DNA of 63,999 nt, the filler included, from Asterionella formosa (taxonomy: Eukaryota), in the NCBI GenBank assembly GCA_002256025.1. It is 6 parts of 6 records of this genome, joined end to end, with 100 filler letters (N's around TTAATTAATTAA, not from the genome) between each part and the next. Parts side by side here need not be neighbours in the genome. Positions count along the whole stretch, not along the records: positions 28,375 to 56,610 come from NKIB01001260.1; positions 56,711 to 58,467 come from NKIB01001267.1; positions 58,568 to 60,324 come from NKIB01001268.1; 3 more parts are not named here. The stretch is one strand, 5' to 3'. The number at the start of each line of letters is the position of its first letter. Positions within the stretch are counted from its first letter, which is position 1. The position numbers and the translations under genes were made by a program. Under the pieces are notes generated by a model. The model was not told the DNA's origin and did not search any database. It saw nothing but the letters and a program-made list of their open reading frames with translations. This document shows, one piece after another, positions 48,340-60,424 of the stretch.

Positions 48340-51300
48340 TCACTTGTTCGGGATTGATCTGTCCGGAGCCTCGTTATGTCCACTCTGCAAAACCATTGCT
48401 AATGTTTCCACTGCGTCCCGTTCTGCCTCAGAAAGATTACTCATTCCTGCGGAAGGATCACCTGTAATGCACCAAAATGCCGACTCTACTCGCTTTCGCA
48501 GTGTCACGATCGCTGATGCTGTGTCTGCGGGGCAAGATAGGACTATCCAATTGTCCAATGAAAGGATAGAAGTCGCCGTATCGCTTGCAGCCGCCGGATA
48601 GACACGCAGAGTATTGCCACATAAAAGCACAAGTGGCAACGGCGATGCTAAATGAGTAGTTTGGCTCATGGTAAACGAGGTGACGCCACGGACCATTTCT
48701 CCGAAAGCAACAAACTCCACTTCTCCTTTCGCAACTTGGCTTTTTCCATTCAGCGGCTGCCCACGAGCAGCATTCACGCTGCTTACGTGAATTTTTGCCT
48801 TTCGGTTTGTCATGGTGGAAAAATTCGAATCTCCCCTTTTTCGAAAAGCAACATTTGGGTATAAACCTGCAGCAATGGCAGCCTGCCACAAAGAAAGATA
48901 TCCTTGACTGTCGTGACGATTGTGATAACCCTCCAGGGACGATGATTTTGGAAACCCCAACGATGACAGTTCACGTGACAAGTTCTCTCGAAGGTCGCCA
49001 ATCATTTGCAACGTTGATATTCCCAAAAAATTTCGGTCACAGAATCCCTTGAAGGCCCCGTTCCTATTTTGACGGATATACTTGTCGCGCTCGTTGATTG
49101 CATAGAGGATTGTCACCTGGTCACTTTCAGACCCTCGGCTGAGTTCCACTTTCGCCAAATCTGAGGAGCGCCTTGCTGAAGGAGGCGGCAGGATGAACGG
49201 ACTCTTGTACGACATTGCAACACCCATGCAAGAAGATGCACGAGCACATCCAAGGAGGTGCGAATAAATCACCATTTTTCCGACACGGGGCTCTAAACTC
49301 AATACAGACAGACACATACCAAGACTTGTTAACTCATTTGTATCAGGTTCCATCGCACCAAGTTCGACAAGCAACTCCAATGCATTCATTACCGACTTTT
49401 CGTGAGGTGGCGACATAGCTTTCGCCAGGAATGCCGGTACTCCATCATCGTCTTCAGGTCCACCAGGAGCAAGATTTAATTTCTTGCTTTGCAAACACAT
49501 CTCCTCCTGAAGAAGCAATAAAAACATTTGCTGGTGAGAATTCCCTTATCTACACAAATTGAAACAAAAATACGACAACTTCACTCACTAGCGGTGTCCG
49601 AAGTAGCTCACTATCATCAAATGGACGGAACGAAGCATGACGTCTTCTGGAGAAAAGGCGGAAAGCAACACCACGTTTTGTCCGACCAGCACGCCCCTTA
49701 CGCTGATTTGCCGATGCTTGGCTAATCCAAGTTGGAGCGAGTGTACTTGTCTTCAGATGGGGGTCGTAACTCTTTTCTTTTGCCCTACCTGTATCTATGA
49801 CAAAGGACACATCGTCGATAGTTACTGACGTTTCTGCAATATTCGTGGAGAGGATAATTTTTCTAACGCCTTTGGGAGGTTTTTCGAAAACTTTTCTTTG
49901 ATCCTTGGAGGGAATACCTGAATGCAGAGGTAAAATAATGTACTTGTTCCTGTTATGAAAAGGTGGAGTGCTATCCAACTGCATCGAAAATTCAGAAATT
50001 TCAGCCCAGCCGGGGAAGAAGATGAGGATAGCTCCGTCTCCGTACGACGAAGCCACAATCAGTTGGACAACTTCCATAACAAGGGCATCGTCAACTTTCT
50101 CGTCATCATGAATAGCCTGATACTGATCCAACAATTTCGCTTCGTCTTCAGTGGTGATGGGTTCGGTAGAGGGACTGGAAGCTTCAAATGCACTTTCGCC
50201 ATCCCACCTTTCAATATTTGAGTCTGCACTGCTGTCGTCGTCGATATTACTTTGCTCATCTGCGATTTCGTAATCTTCAAAGATAATTTCGTCGCCTTTT
50301 TCACCATTAAAATTGATTGTGGCAGCGCAAGTCATATTCCCAACATGAGTATTACGTACGCGATCCTCTAGTGCTGCCATGGATTCTCCCGCCCCGCCAT
50401 CACAAAATGCTATATGTGTTCCAAGGTCTTCTGGGGTGGAAAATCCAGCTTTATGGCACATGGCACATACAAACGATGATTCACCAGTCAACAATGGCGG
50501 CGGCACTTCTGAATCGACATCGGTAAGCAATTTTTGTTTCGTCTTTTTCCGTTTCTTTACGATTGGTTGATCAAGATTTTTCTTAGCCAACAACATTGCC
50601 ATGGCGGCTTCAAGCTGGTCCATGGTGTCGACATCCTTTTCTTCTAGAAATTTGGTCATGGTCAAAATATCCTCCAAAAAGAACTCTTGCACAGGAAATG
50701 TTCGCCCTGGTATACTTATTTGACCAGGTGTGGCACCAGCTCCGCTGTTTCCCGCAGAATACCAATACTCCAGAAGCGTCTCTGTCTGAAGTGTTGCACT
50801 CATGAGAACAATGCGTAGATCTGGCCGAGAAGGCAATAAATCACGCAACGCAATCAAGAGAAATTCGGTATATTTGTCCCTGCAGTGAATTTCGTCAATG
50901 ATAATGTAGGTAAATTCAGCAAGTTTGGGACTGGATTGTAGTTTGCGCAACAATACACCAGGAGTGAGAAACAAGAGTTGCGTGGAGGACGACATCGCTG
51001 ATTCCAATCGAACCTGATACCCCACAATACCACCAATAGGTTCCAGACATTGCTCGGATGCAACGCGTTCTGCTACTGAGATTGCCGAGATTCGCCGTGG
51101 TTGTGTGACAACAATACTGGCGGTGGGGTCGTTGTCCAACAAGAATTGTGGAACTTGAGTCGACTTGCCACATCCAGTCTCACCCGATATCACTGTGACC
51201 CCATTATTCGATACTGTAGAACAAATGTCATGTTGGTAGGACCATGCTGGAAGTTTTTGTCGCTGCTGTTGCATGCGATGAAACGACGCATGCGCACGTT

Positions 51301-52162
51301 TTCGTTGCTGTGCCTCAGCGTGGAGCTGCGCCCTACGAGTCAAGTCGACGTGAACCTTTTTCACGGAAACTTTCTTGACCGTTGGTTTAGATGCAAGTTC
51401 CATCCCAGCGAGAGTCGCATTGACTGCTGTGTCGTTTGCGTCTCCAAGAAGTGCCGACCCCGTTTCATAGGATTCTTTGCGCTCTGTTTCCGTCGGAGGA
51501 AACGCTCGCATATGTTTCTTTAGGGCTGCCGTACCATGATCTCCTATATGCAAGGAGGGTACGATATCTTCTTCCTCGTCATGATGACCAGTTTTCTTCA
51601 ACTTTCCTGCAGGTTTCGACACAGTGATGCATCGATTTTCTCCTTTTCCATAACTCTTGCTCACGAGCCCTAATTGCATAGACAAGGAATGCACAAATTT
51701 TCGCTCCGTGTTTGTCAACTGAGGAGAGAAGGTTGTAGACGTTTGATCTGACTCTCGCAAAGACATAAGAGCTCGAGTTAAGCGAATGCGGTCTGATTCC
51801 GACACGGTGTGAATTTCAGCCCCCCTTTCTCCGTTTGCTTTGGTTTGAAAATTATTAATCCGAGTCATTGCATTAGGGACCGGTCTTGCTCCAGCCCCGC
51901 GACCTCCATTATTTTTTGTGCGTCCTCCATGAGTTCCGCGTCCGCCACTAGCAACCCCCGTCCGCGGTGGAGCACTGTTGGACTGAGGCTTCCTGTTCTG
52001 TCCTCCCCTTCCGCGGCCTGCCGTCCGCCCCCCTGCGGTAGAATTCGACTGGCTCATGCTGATAGAATGTGTTCCAATTCGTCGCGAGCCTGAAGTTGAA
52101 ACAAACGAAAGTCCTCTAGAGCCGAGAACAAAGGCAGCGATGCAAATCTTCGAGATCGCCAT
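48340..52162 (-). CDS. DExH-box (DEAH/RHA; DHX36/YTHDC2-like) RNA helicase with an R3H domain; 2 exons
   Basis: Exons 52162-49589 and 49506-48340, with an intron at 49588-49507. Motifs GETGCGKST, TQPRRISA, DEIH, SAT, STNIAETSVT and QRKGRAGR, plus HA2 and OB regions. R3H 'LTNTERKFVHSLSMQLGLVSKSYG'. RGG-rich N-terminus. Confidence 0.93.
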
Positions 52163-52732
52163 GCATGGATGTTTGCTTTTGTATGGCGCAGCATTGTCAC
52201 CATCATCATTAGATGGGGAGAAGCTACGGGCAGTATTTGTCTAAATTTATGTGGTACCGATTCTATTCTTTCCTCCTTTACCGGTATCATGTACATAGCT
52301 GGTACTGGTACCAGGTACCGGTACGTCGGCCGCTCTCCTTATTGTTCAACCACTTGTTTGTTCTACGCATCATACGTATAAGGAGACACCCGTATTTGAA
52401 AACTGGTGACAACAAGAGAAATTCTGTCGTCCCTCTGTGTTGACGTCCTTAACGGTACCAGCGTACATACCTAGACTACCATGTACCGTAGTTCACGAGA
52501 ACTTTTCCTTGCTTGCTGATCTTGTTGGTCTGCGGCTGCGCGATCATCAGGAAATACTATTTTAATGTGAATCAAACCTCCGATGACGTAACACAAAAGC
52601 GAAAAACATAATTTTACAACGCGAGGACACGACATAATAATTCGACCACACTCACTGATACCTTCACAAACGTTGAATAACAAACACACACACACTTACA
52701 CATCCCTGCTTCGCAAGAGCCTCCAATCAACC

Positions 52733-53803
52733 ATGCCTCATAATTCATTCATTTCTAGTTTGATCTTCTTTCCAGCGCTTTCCAACGCATATGTTCCAAG
52801 TAAACGAGATGCAAGGCAACCCATCACGGACCTTTGCATGCACCAGAAGCCCACCTTGGGCATGAAGGACGTCGCCAAGGACCATGACATATTCTTGCTA
52901 GACATGTGGGGTGTACTACACGATGGAACTGTACCTTACGACGGAGTTTTGAAATGTGTGAAGGAACTCAAGAAGGCAGGCAAGGAACTCATCATTCTCT
53001 CCAATTCCAGCAAGCGACAGGGAAATTCGAAACACATGCTGACAAGGTTGGGATTTGATCCTCAGGACTTTAGCCAAATCATTACATCGGGGGACATTGC
53101 GCATCGTATGTTGTCTGCAGATCCAACGTTGGGGTGTCAAACGTGGCCTGTGCTAACGGGGATTCAGGACAAGAAGGTTTTTGTTTTTGGGAGCGGCCAT
53201 CAAGATGATGTCTATTGCGAATCAGCTGGATGGAACTTGTCATCAATTGAGGAGGCGAATCTTATCGTGGCGAGGGGTACATTTACTATTTGCGATGGAG
53301 CGACTACTATCTTAAAGACGGAGAATGAAGAGGAGTATTATCGCGTACTAGAAGAGTCGCTTGCAAGAGCAGCCACCCGAAAGCTCCCTATGTTTATCAC
53401 CAATCCAGATAAAGTCCGTCCAGACGAAGGATTCCCTCCAATGCCTGGAGCAATTGGAGACGCATATGCTAAGTTTCTGGAAATTAGTGATGGTGAAAAA
53501 TTGATCAAGAGGATTGGAAAGCCGTTCCCAGAGGTGTTCGAATTGGCGTTGAATGGACGGGATCCAATGAAGGCGTGTATGGTAGGAGATGCCTTGGAGA
53601 CAGATGTTACTGGTGGATCTTGCTTTGGAATTGACACCATATGGGTGACTCAAGATGGAGTACACGGACCAGCAATTGCGGAGAGTTCGAGTTTGGAAGA
53701 AGGAGCAGGAGCTGTTTTGGACGAATTCAATGCCAGAAAAGGAACTTATGCCAATGGACGCGTGCTACGGCCTTCCATAGTTCTCCCTCATTTTCGCTGG
53801 TGA
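52733..53803 (+). CDS. HAD-superfamily subfamily IIA hydrolase, probably plastid-targeted (356 aa)
   Basis: Motifs LLDMWGVLHDG, LSNSS, TSGD, NPD, IGKP and MVGDALETDV. Presequence ...ALSNA|YVP. ATG at 52733. Confidence 0.9.
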   Translation: MPHNSFISSLIFFPALSNAYVPSKRDARQPITDLCMHQKPTLGMKDVAKDHDIFLLDMWGVLHDGTVPYDGVLKCVKELKKAGKELIILSNSSKRQGNSKHMLTRLGFDPQDFSQIITSGDIAHRMLSADPTLGCQTWPVLTGIQDKKVFVFGSGHQDDVYCESAGWNLSSIEEANLIVARGTFTICDGATTILKTENEEEYYRVLEESLARAATRKLPMFITNPDKVRPDEGFPPMPGAIGDAYAKFLEISDGEKLIKRIGKPFPEVFELALNGRDPMKACMVGDALETDVTGGSCFGIDTIWVTQDGVHGPAIAESSSLEEGAGAVLDEFNARKGTYANGRVLRPSIVLPHFRW

Positions 53804-54220
53804 CTTGGTATCTTGAAAGAAGGGTTGGTATGGATGGCTTTGGAACCCAAAGACATCGCATTCTTTGCGAATCAATATGTCATGTCAAGTTAGACTACCG
53901 GTAAATGCCATATTGCTTTTGCATTGATGGACAATTGTCCTCGCATTCTATGGTACCTGGAAGCATTACTAATAATCAGGATTATAACTGGTCGCTGCTT
54001 CTGTTAGATGCTGTGTATGCACATATTTGCGATGTAAATGACAGACACAAATTCAAGGAATAATAATGTGTGATTTCTGATAATAGCAATGAAACAGATG
54101 CCATGGAAGTTGTTGGGGTGTTGCTGCTGCCTGGTAGGAATACTTGTACAAATTTGAATGATTGTACCAATCTTCTAGTTGACATCGATTCTCTCCATGG
54201 ATTGCAAACTACTTTCCACC

Positions 54221-55864
54221 TTACTCGTTTGGCTCAACAAGAAAGACGGAGTGCTGCGATCCCATCGTAACATCAAGGCATTTACCTTGTAGTGTCTCTA
54301 CGCGACGAGGACGACATTCTGTTTCATAGCTCTCCCCATCAAAACCCAATCCCAGCGTGCCCTCTTGAGCAAAACCCCATGCATATACTTTTCCATCATC
54401 GGTGAGAGCCATGCTCGAACTACCTGCAGCAGTAACCTTCACGATTTTAGAGAGACGTTCAGAGAACAAAACGCGCTGTAAGGTCGTCATAAAGGAATCA
54501 GAAGGTGGCGCAGTATCAGTGACACCGAGTTGGCCAGAATCGGATCTGCCGCAAGTCCACAGACAGTTGCCTGTTATATCTAAAAAGAGGCTATGGTATT
54601 CACCAGCAGCAACTTGGACAATATGCATCCCCACAGACTGTTCGATTCGTTTCAAAGTATTCAAATGTTCGGTGTTGCCATGACCAAGCTGCCCATGTCC
54701 ATTGACACCGGTTGAAAACGCGGCCGACTCATAGGATCCATATGCTCGCGCAGCACAAATCAAGTGAAATTCACCACATGCCACACTTAGACATATCATC
54801 TTTTGTGAGATTGGCCAGATAGGAGGTTTAGGTGTCAAGAAGCGGTTGACAAGCAAGTCCTTGTCCAAGACTCTGTCGAAACCGCTTCCATTAGGTCGAT
54901 TGACCTTTTTCAAAACGTTGTTACGTTCTTCTTTGATGATGCCTCGTCCAAGCTCTCCAGCTTCATCCCATCCCCACGTAAGCAGCTCGCATGATTGCAA
55001 AATAGCTGCGTTGATACCACGCCCACACACAACTTTTTTGACCTTCCCAGGCATCATGACTTGCCTAGGGTTGGTACGAAAGCCCTGAGGTGCGGGCGCA
55101 TTGGTTATGTCTTCATCCTTCATGGGAGGATCATTGTCTGGTTTATCGGAAGGAGGCATATCTCTGTATTTCTCTCCGTCTGTCACGTAGCATCCATTCA
55201 TGTAGACAATCCCATCGATAGTAAGGTAGAGCGACTGCGAGCCTCCCGCAGCCACATCAATAATGGTAGAATCGTGCAGTGAATAGTGGGTACTGGCTTC
55301 TCTAGATGGCACCAAACCAGTAACCAAATCAGGAAAACCTTCATATGCTTCATTGTCCATGTCATGAGGCTGCACTCGACCAATCTCTCCATGATCGCTA
55401 CATCCCCAGGAGTAGACCTCTCCGGTTCTGGTCCTAGCTAGCGAATGCCCGGAGCCAGCCGCCACCTGGACAACTTCCAATTTCTGCAGTTTAGTCAATA
55501 ACTTTGGCTTCATTTCCGAAAAGAGTCCAGAGCCCAGCTGCATGCCATCATTGGATCCGCTGACAAAGACATTACCGATGGGTGCCCTGAAGGTGGCACT
55601 GGCTTCCTCAATGCATCGAACGTATTCCCAACAAGCAAAGTCCGAGGTGCGGATCGCGCACCTTTCCTTCAGCTGTTCATCGATCTGGCGATACACGCTT
55701 TCGCACAGCGAGACGAAAGGTGTCATGGCGAGGGGCTTTTGTTTGGAATGCGAAGCGCTCTTGACGCCGCGACGAGAGCCTCCGCCGATCCGAGAGTCAT
55801 AGTCTGCACCATTAATCTTGCGCTTGCTTGGGTTTACCGGAGGCAAACCTACTGATCCGTACAT
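54221..55864 (-). CDS. RCC1-repeat beta-propeller protein (547 aa)
   Basis: Repeated VAAG..HS...G.VYSWG....GE.G units. N-terminal basic NLS-like KRK. Likely start is ATG 55864, because the upstream in-frame extension translates a GGTACC tract. Confidence 0.9.
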   Translation of the reverse strand: MYGSVGLPPVNPSKRKINGADYDSRIGGGSRRGVKSASHSKQKPLAMTPFVSLCESVYRQIDEQLKERCAIRTSDFACWEYVRCIEEASATFRAPIGNVFVSGSNDGMQLGSGLFSEMKPKLLTKLQKLEVVQVAAGSGHSLARTRTGEVYSWGCSDHGEIGRVQPHDMDNEAYEGFPDLVTGLVPSREASTHYSLHDSTIIDVAAGGSQSLYLTIDGIVYMNGCYVTDGEKYRDMPPSDKPDNDPPMKDEDITNAPAPQGFRTNPRQVMMPGKVKKVVCGRGINAAILQSCELLTWGWDEAGELGRGIIKEERNNVLKKVNRPNGSGFDRVLDKDLLVNRFLTPKPPIWPISQKMICLSVACGEFHLICAARAYGSYESAAFSTGVNGHGQLGHGNTEHLNTLKRIEQSVGMHIVQVAAGEYHSLFLDITGNCLWTCGRSDSGQLGVTDTAPPSDSFMTTLQRVLFSERLSKIVKVTAAGSSSMALTDDGKVYAWGFAQEGTLGLGFDGESYETECRPRRVETLQGKCLDVTMGSQHSVFLVEPNE

Positions 55865-56610
55865 GACAGGACTGGCTTGCCTTGTCTTGGCTCGATTTGA
55901 AAGCGGATGTGAAGGTAGCAACCCAAGTACCTGGTAGTTATTGTGAGCGATGGAAGCAACAATAACCAATATTTCAAATTCCCTGGCACTGTAACTACTC
56001 CGAGCACCAGGTACCAGGTACCAGTACTGGTTAGACCAAGCATAGCATACGGTACCTATACTTATGTACAGAGGAAATGAAGATACCCTGCCTGTGTTGC
56101 TCATGTAGACCTACCGGTAGTTCAAACAATAACCCTAACCCTTCTGCTGAAACAAAAATACTTGTTGTTTTGCCTTGACAATGGCCTTAACCAACCCTCG
56201 CTTTTCTTTGTTCCTTGCTGTGATCTCACAGATCCATCACCAGTTCGAGCATTGTAAACATTAGGACTAATAGAATGAGTCAATGAATCCGTGAGGGCAC
56301 TCATTTCCATTGAATATTTACCATTTTAACCTTTCTTGGTTACCATAAGCACCAGCAATTGACTTGCTATTACTAAATGAAATGCACAGGACATTTGGTC
56401 TGAGGTGGAGGAATAGACCATGAGAAGTATGATGAAACTCAAAACTAGGGAAGCTAATTAATGCTAGAATAGAATTAATAACATACATTAGCAAGTGGAA
56501 AGAATACTCCCAGCTAAATTCGATAATTTAGCTGCATTCTGAAACATGTGCAGTGGAGTAGCACAATGCCTGAGTCGACCTTCTTGCACTTTGCAACAAG
56601 TATTATCAAA

Positions 56611-56710
56611 NNNNNNNNNNNNNNNNNNNNNNNNNNNNNNNNNNNNNNNNNNNNTTAATTAATTAANNNNNNNNNNNNNNNNNNNNNNNNNNNNNNNNNN
56701 NNNNNNNNNN
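56611..56710. other. Artificial contig spacer
   Basis: N44-TTAATTAATTAA-N44. Confidence 0.98.
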
Positions 56711-57017
56711 GTGGTTCAATTGTGGTGCAAATGCCAATGGGCAGTTGAATTTACGAATAGTTTTCTCTTTTTCAACCCTGTTTGGGAAAAGTCCCGGTAT
56801 ATCATGTGATTTTACCTTGCATACTGAATACGTATGTATACTGACGACCGGTACCAGGTACCAGTACCAAGTACTAGGTACCCAGTACGATGGTATGTAC
56901 ACAATTTGAACAAATGTTACCAACAACCAGTGCAACAACGCCCTACTGCTACATAATGAACATAACGGTAAGCAATTTTTAAGGTTTGATCACATATGGC
57001 TGGTTTGATTAAATATT

Positions 57018-58129
57018 GGGCGCGCTCTGATAATAAAAAATTATTATATCATGTGTATTATAACACAAATCGTTGTACCCATAACCCCAAAATTTGTGTT
57101 TGTGTTGACCAAATTTTTTACAGTTATAAATAACAGTGCATTATATAAAAAGATGTTTAGACATGAATGACTATATAGAATTTCCCGGAAAATTTCAAGA
57201 CTTGCTTGCTCATACTCAAAATGGCTTGCTCTTGCCAAAATAGGTATGCATGTACATATGCATATTGTTACATATCAATCAACCTCCTCAATAAATCGAT
57301 CGTCATCGCTTTTAGATTTTGGCCATGTCTTCATCTTCTTCTGGTCAAAGGAGAGCAGCCAGGGAGGGCTTCCCTTCCTCTCCAAGGCTGCTTGAATGTC
57401 GCCATCACCAGCAACAAGAACAACAACAGTCTCAGCCAGAAGAAGAGAAGGAGGAGGACGACGACAAGAATGAAGATGACACTGGTGCTGATGAGTTTGC
57501 CAGTGACGATGAGGACAGTAGGATGGGTGTCCCAGGTGTTTCTCAGATTGGTGTTTCTGGGGTTACTCAGTCCCCATCAAGGAACAACAACGATTTTTCA
57601 CGTGCTCCTACTAGTTCAGTTTCAAGAACGGCAACTGCCAGGCGAGCACCAACATTTCCAAGAGCTTGCCGAAGCATGCAGAGATGGGGTCAACAGTTCA
57701 GGATCAATGAGATTCTCTCATTGCTGGAAACCATTTCTACTCATCAACAGTCAAACTTTCCCTGAACAATGGCGTCCTATTTACTGGTGGATAGCACATT
57801 GCTAACAGTAGCAATGTGATCATAATGTCATCATCATTATCATCATCAGGAGATGGGATGAAAGTCGACCTGGTCAGTGACCGACGATGATGAATATATA
57901 GAACTCATGCATATAATGAACAAGAGGCGGCATAGCATACAAGAGGATGCATCGATATGAAAATTTATCTGTTGAAAATTAAAGTTAAAAATTTATATAA
58001 TGTCAGAGAAGTAATCTAAAATATCTCTAATATCAGAGCGCAAGGACGATATAATGTAGCAGATCACCAGAATGATTTGTGTTATAATACACACATGATA
58101 TAATAATTTTTAATTATCAGAGCACGCCC
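57018..58129. mobile_element. Complete non-autonomous TIR transposon (PIF/Harbinger-like), 1112 bp, with a 3-bp ATT target-site duplication
   Basis: Left TIR gggcgcgctctgataataaaaaattattatatcatgtgt and right TIR acacatgatataataatttttaattatcagagcacgccc. ATT flanks both sides (57015-57017, 58130-58132). The internal acidic ORF 57325-57765 ends in a Myb/SANT-like start 'GQQFRINEILSLLETI'. Confidence 0.85.
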
Positions 58130-58467
58130 ATTTACGTACAAATATTCGCGATATTCGACTTCTGTTTGTATCATACCTAAGTAGACAATGAACATATATT
58201 TATATACATACTGTATACAATTTTTTCTTGCGAGCCAGCATCATACTACATGGCTTCCCATTGTCTTTTTCAGAGCGTTGTAATGCATTGCTTCTCTATT
58301 GTTAGTTAGGCAGACGAACCAGGTACTAACTAGCAGGCATAAACAACAAGGACTGAAGTAGTGGCTGGCTGCTGGAGAGAAGTGAGAAGCACAAGTGAAA
58401 CGAAAGAAAATGTGCTGCGTACTATAATCAAAGGGCTCAGGGCTCAGTATTATCTTAATACGGTAGC

Positions 58468-58567
58468 NNNNNNNNNNNNNNNNNNNNNNNNNNNNNNNNN
58501 NNNNNNNNNNNTTAATTAATTAANNNNNNNNNNNNNNNNNNNNNNNNNNNNNNNNNNNNNNNNNNNN
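58468..58567. other. Artificial contig spacer
   Basis: N44-TTAATTAATTAA-N44. Confidence 0.98.
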
Positions 58568-59696
58568 AAGTCATGGCTGCGCCAGGATTTTTGACCCTCT
58601 GAATTCATAAAGACAACATTTAACCACCACTGTGCACAATATATGTTTTCAACATGGGGACGACCCTTAAAAGCAGCATCCCCTTCTAGCTTTTCAGCGC
58701 CTCACCATTAACAAATCCTACATCAGCCAAGAACTCACATATTGTTTGTTGAAACAATAGAAGGTGGAATGACACAACATTGAGATCGTAAGCAATCGAT
58801 CCTTTTAAGGTAAGATTTATTTGCTTGCTGTTTTTGCTATTTTATCACCAAGCGAGGGATAACTCATGATATGTCATGCTTTTGTTTTCAACATTCATTT
58901 GACATTTGAACAGGCCTTTTCAGAAAAGCAGTGTTCTTTGGAAAGTATGAGTGATAGCAGATGAAAAAATGACACAATATGGAGACCCGCAATGGAGGCC
59001 TTCAAGAAGGTGAGATTAATCTTCAGTTTTCATAATTGTATCAGCAAAGCGAGCGAGAAATCACATGGTTCTGTTATTGTTCTCTACATTTATTTTACAT
59101 TTTAGCCGTCCATTTCACAACAGGAGCATCTTTTTTAATGCATCAGTGAGTTGCGATACTGCCTGCCTGGTGGCTGGCTAATGCCGGTGTTCTGCTGTCA
59201 ATTTGACTGCTCCATGAAACAGTTGAATAGCACATGTGTGTGTTGCTTTCTGCTGTTGCTAGTTCTATTAAATGAATTACTGACACACTATTCTTTTGTA
59301 AATCTTTGCAGATCAATGAAGAAGTCATTTCAAGGACAAGGAGGAAGCCAGTATGATACATTCCTGTTGCGATTTCGCACCATGATGCCTTTTCAAGAAT
59401 GAATAATCTTTTCATTCAGAATGAACGGTTTCTGTTTGTCTTTCATTGTCCTTACAGACATCTCATGATGCCTGCCTTCTCAAGACTGAAGATGCCATTC
59501 TGAAAGTACTGCTTTGTTTGATTGCATATCGAGATTTGTTTCCCATGTAATGTGAAATACCGGCAGTTGAATTAGAAATCAACATATTTGATTGTACTTT
59601 TAAATTACGTAAGCAAATTTAATACATTACGTGAACTATATTATAGAATTACGTGAATAAAATTATAAGGCAATGTGAACTAAATTACAGAATTAA

Positions 59697-59812
59697 GTGA
59701 AGCATTTCAAATAATTATGTGAAGTATTTCAAATAATTACGTGAAGTATTTCAAATAATTATGTGAAGTATTTCAAATAATTACGTGAAGTATTTCAAAT
59801 AATCATGTGAAG
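59697..59812. repeat. 22-bp tandem repeat, about 5.3 copies
   Basis: gtgaagtatttcaaataatta(t/c) starts at 59697, 59719, 59741, 59763, 59785 and 59807, with degenerate copies upstream from ~59600. Confidence 0.9.
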
Positions 59813-60324
59813 GTGATGACGTAATATAGTGATGATCAGGAATGCATGCATGATACTCTGATCAAATAATTAACGTGATGTACTCAGATAATATATAGAT
59901 ATATTCAAGTAAGCATTTTGATGTATTCAACTAATTCATGTGATCAATTCAAAATCAACTAGGCTTATTTACGTGATGGTCACTTCACGTAATACGCGGC
60001 TTAGATGTAACGAAATATGTATCATGCACAGAAAAATTCTGTCCCAGTTATTGCATGATACTCCTGATCTTAGAAGTGCAATATTTTTTATTTTCAGACG
60101 CACTGAACTGCTGCAGTCGTCGAGACTGCTTGATCAACAGCACATGTGCTCATGGCGTAATAGTTACATGCACCATATCAAAAGATAATCATTCCTTTTG
60201 CTGTTCTGCGTGCTTTGACTCAACTGACTCAATTATAGTCTTGTTGATGTGGAAGTGGTAGATTCCTGAACCCATGAGTCCTCGTTTTGCAATCTCTCCA
60301 TCGGATGTACTCCACAACGAGCCC

Positions 60325-60424
60325 NNNNNNNNNNNNNNNNNNNNNNNNNNNNNNNNNNNNNNNNNNNNTTAATTAATTAANNNNNNNNNNNNNNNNNNNN
60401 NNNNNNNNNNNNNNNNNNNNNNNN
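60325..60424. other. Artificial contig spacer
   Basis: N44-TTAATTAATTAA-N44. Confidence 0.98.

Noticed and set aside
55865..56104. 80-aa N-terminal extension of the RCC1 ORF
   Set aside because: It crosses a GGTACC tract. ATG 55864 is the more plausible start.
59697..59812. CRISPR-like palindromic repeat
   Set aside because: The units are head-to-tail with no unique spacers, there are no cas genes, and the context is eukaryotic.
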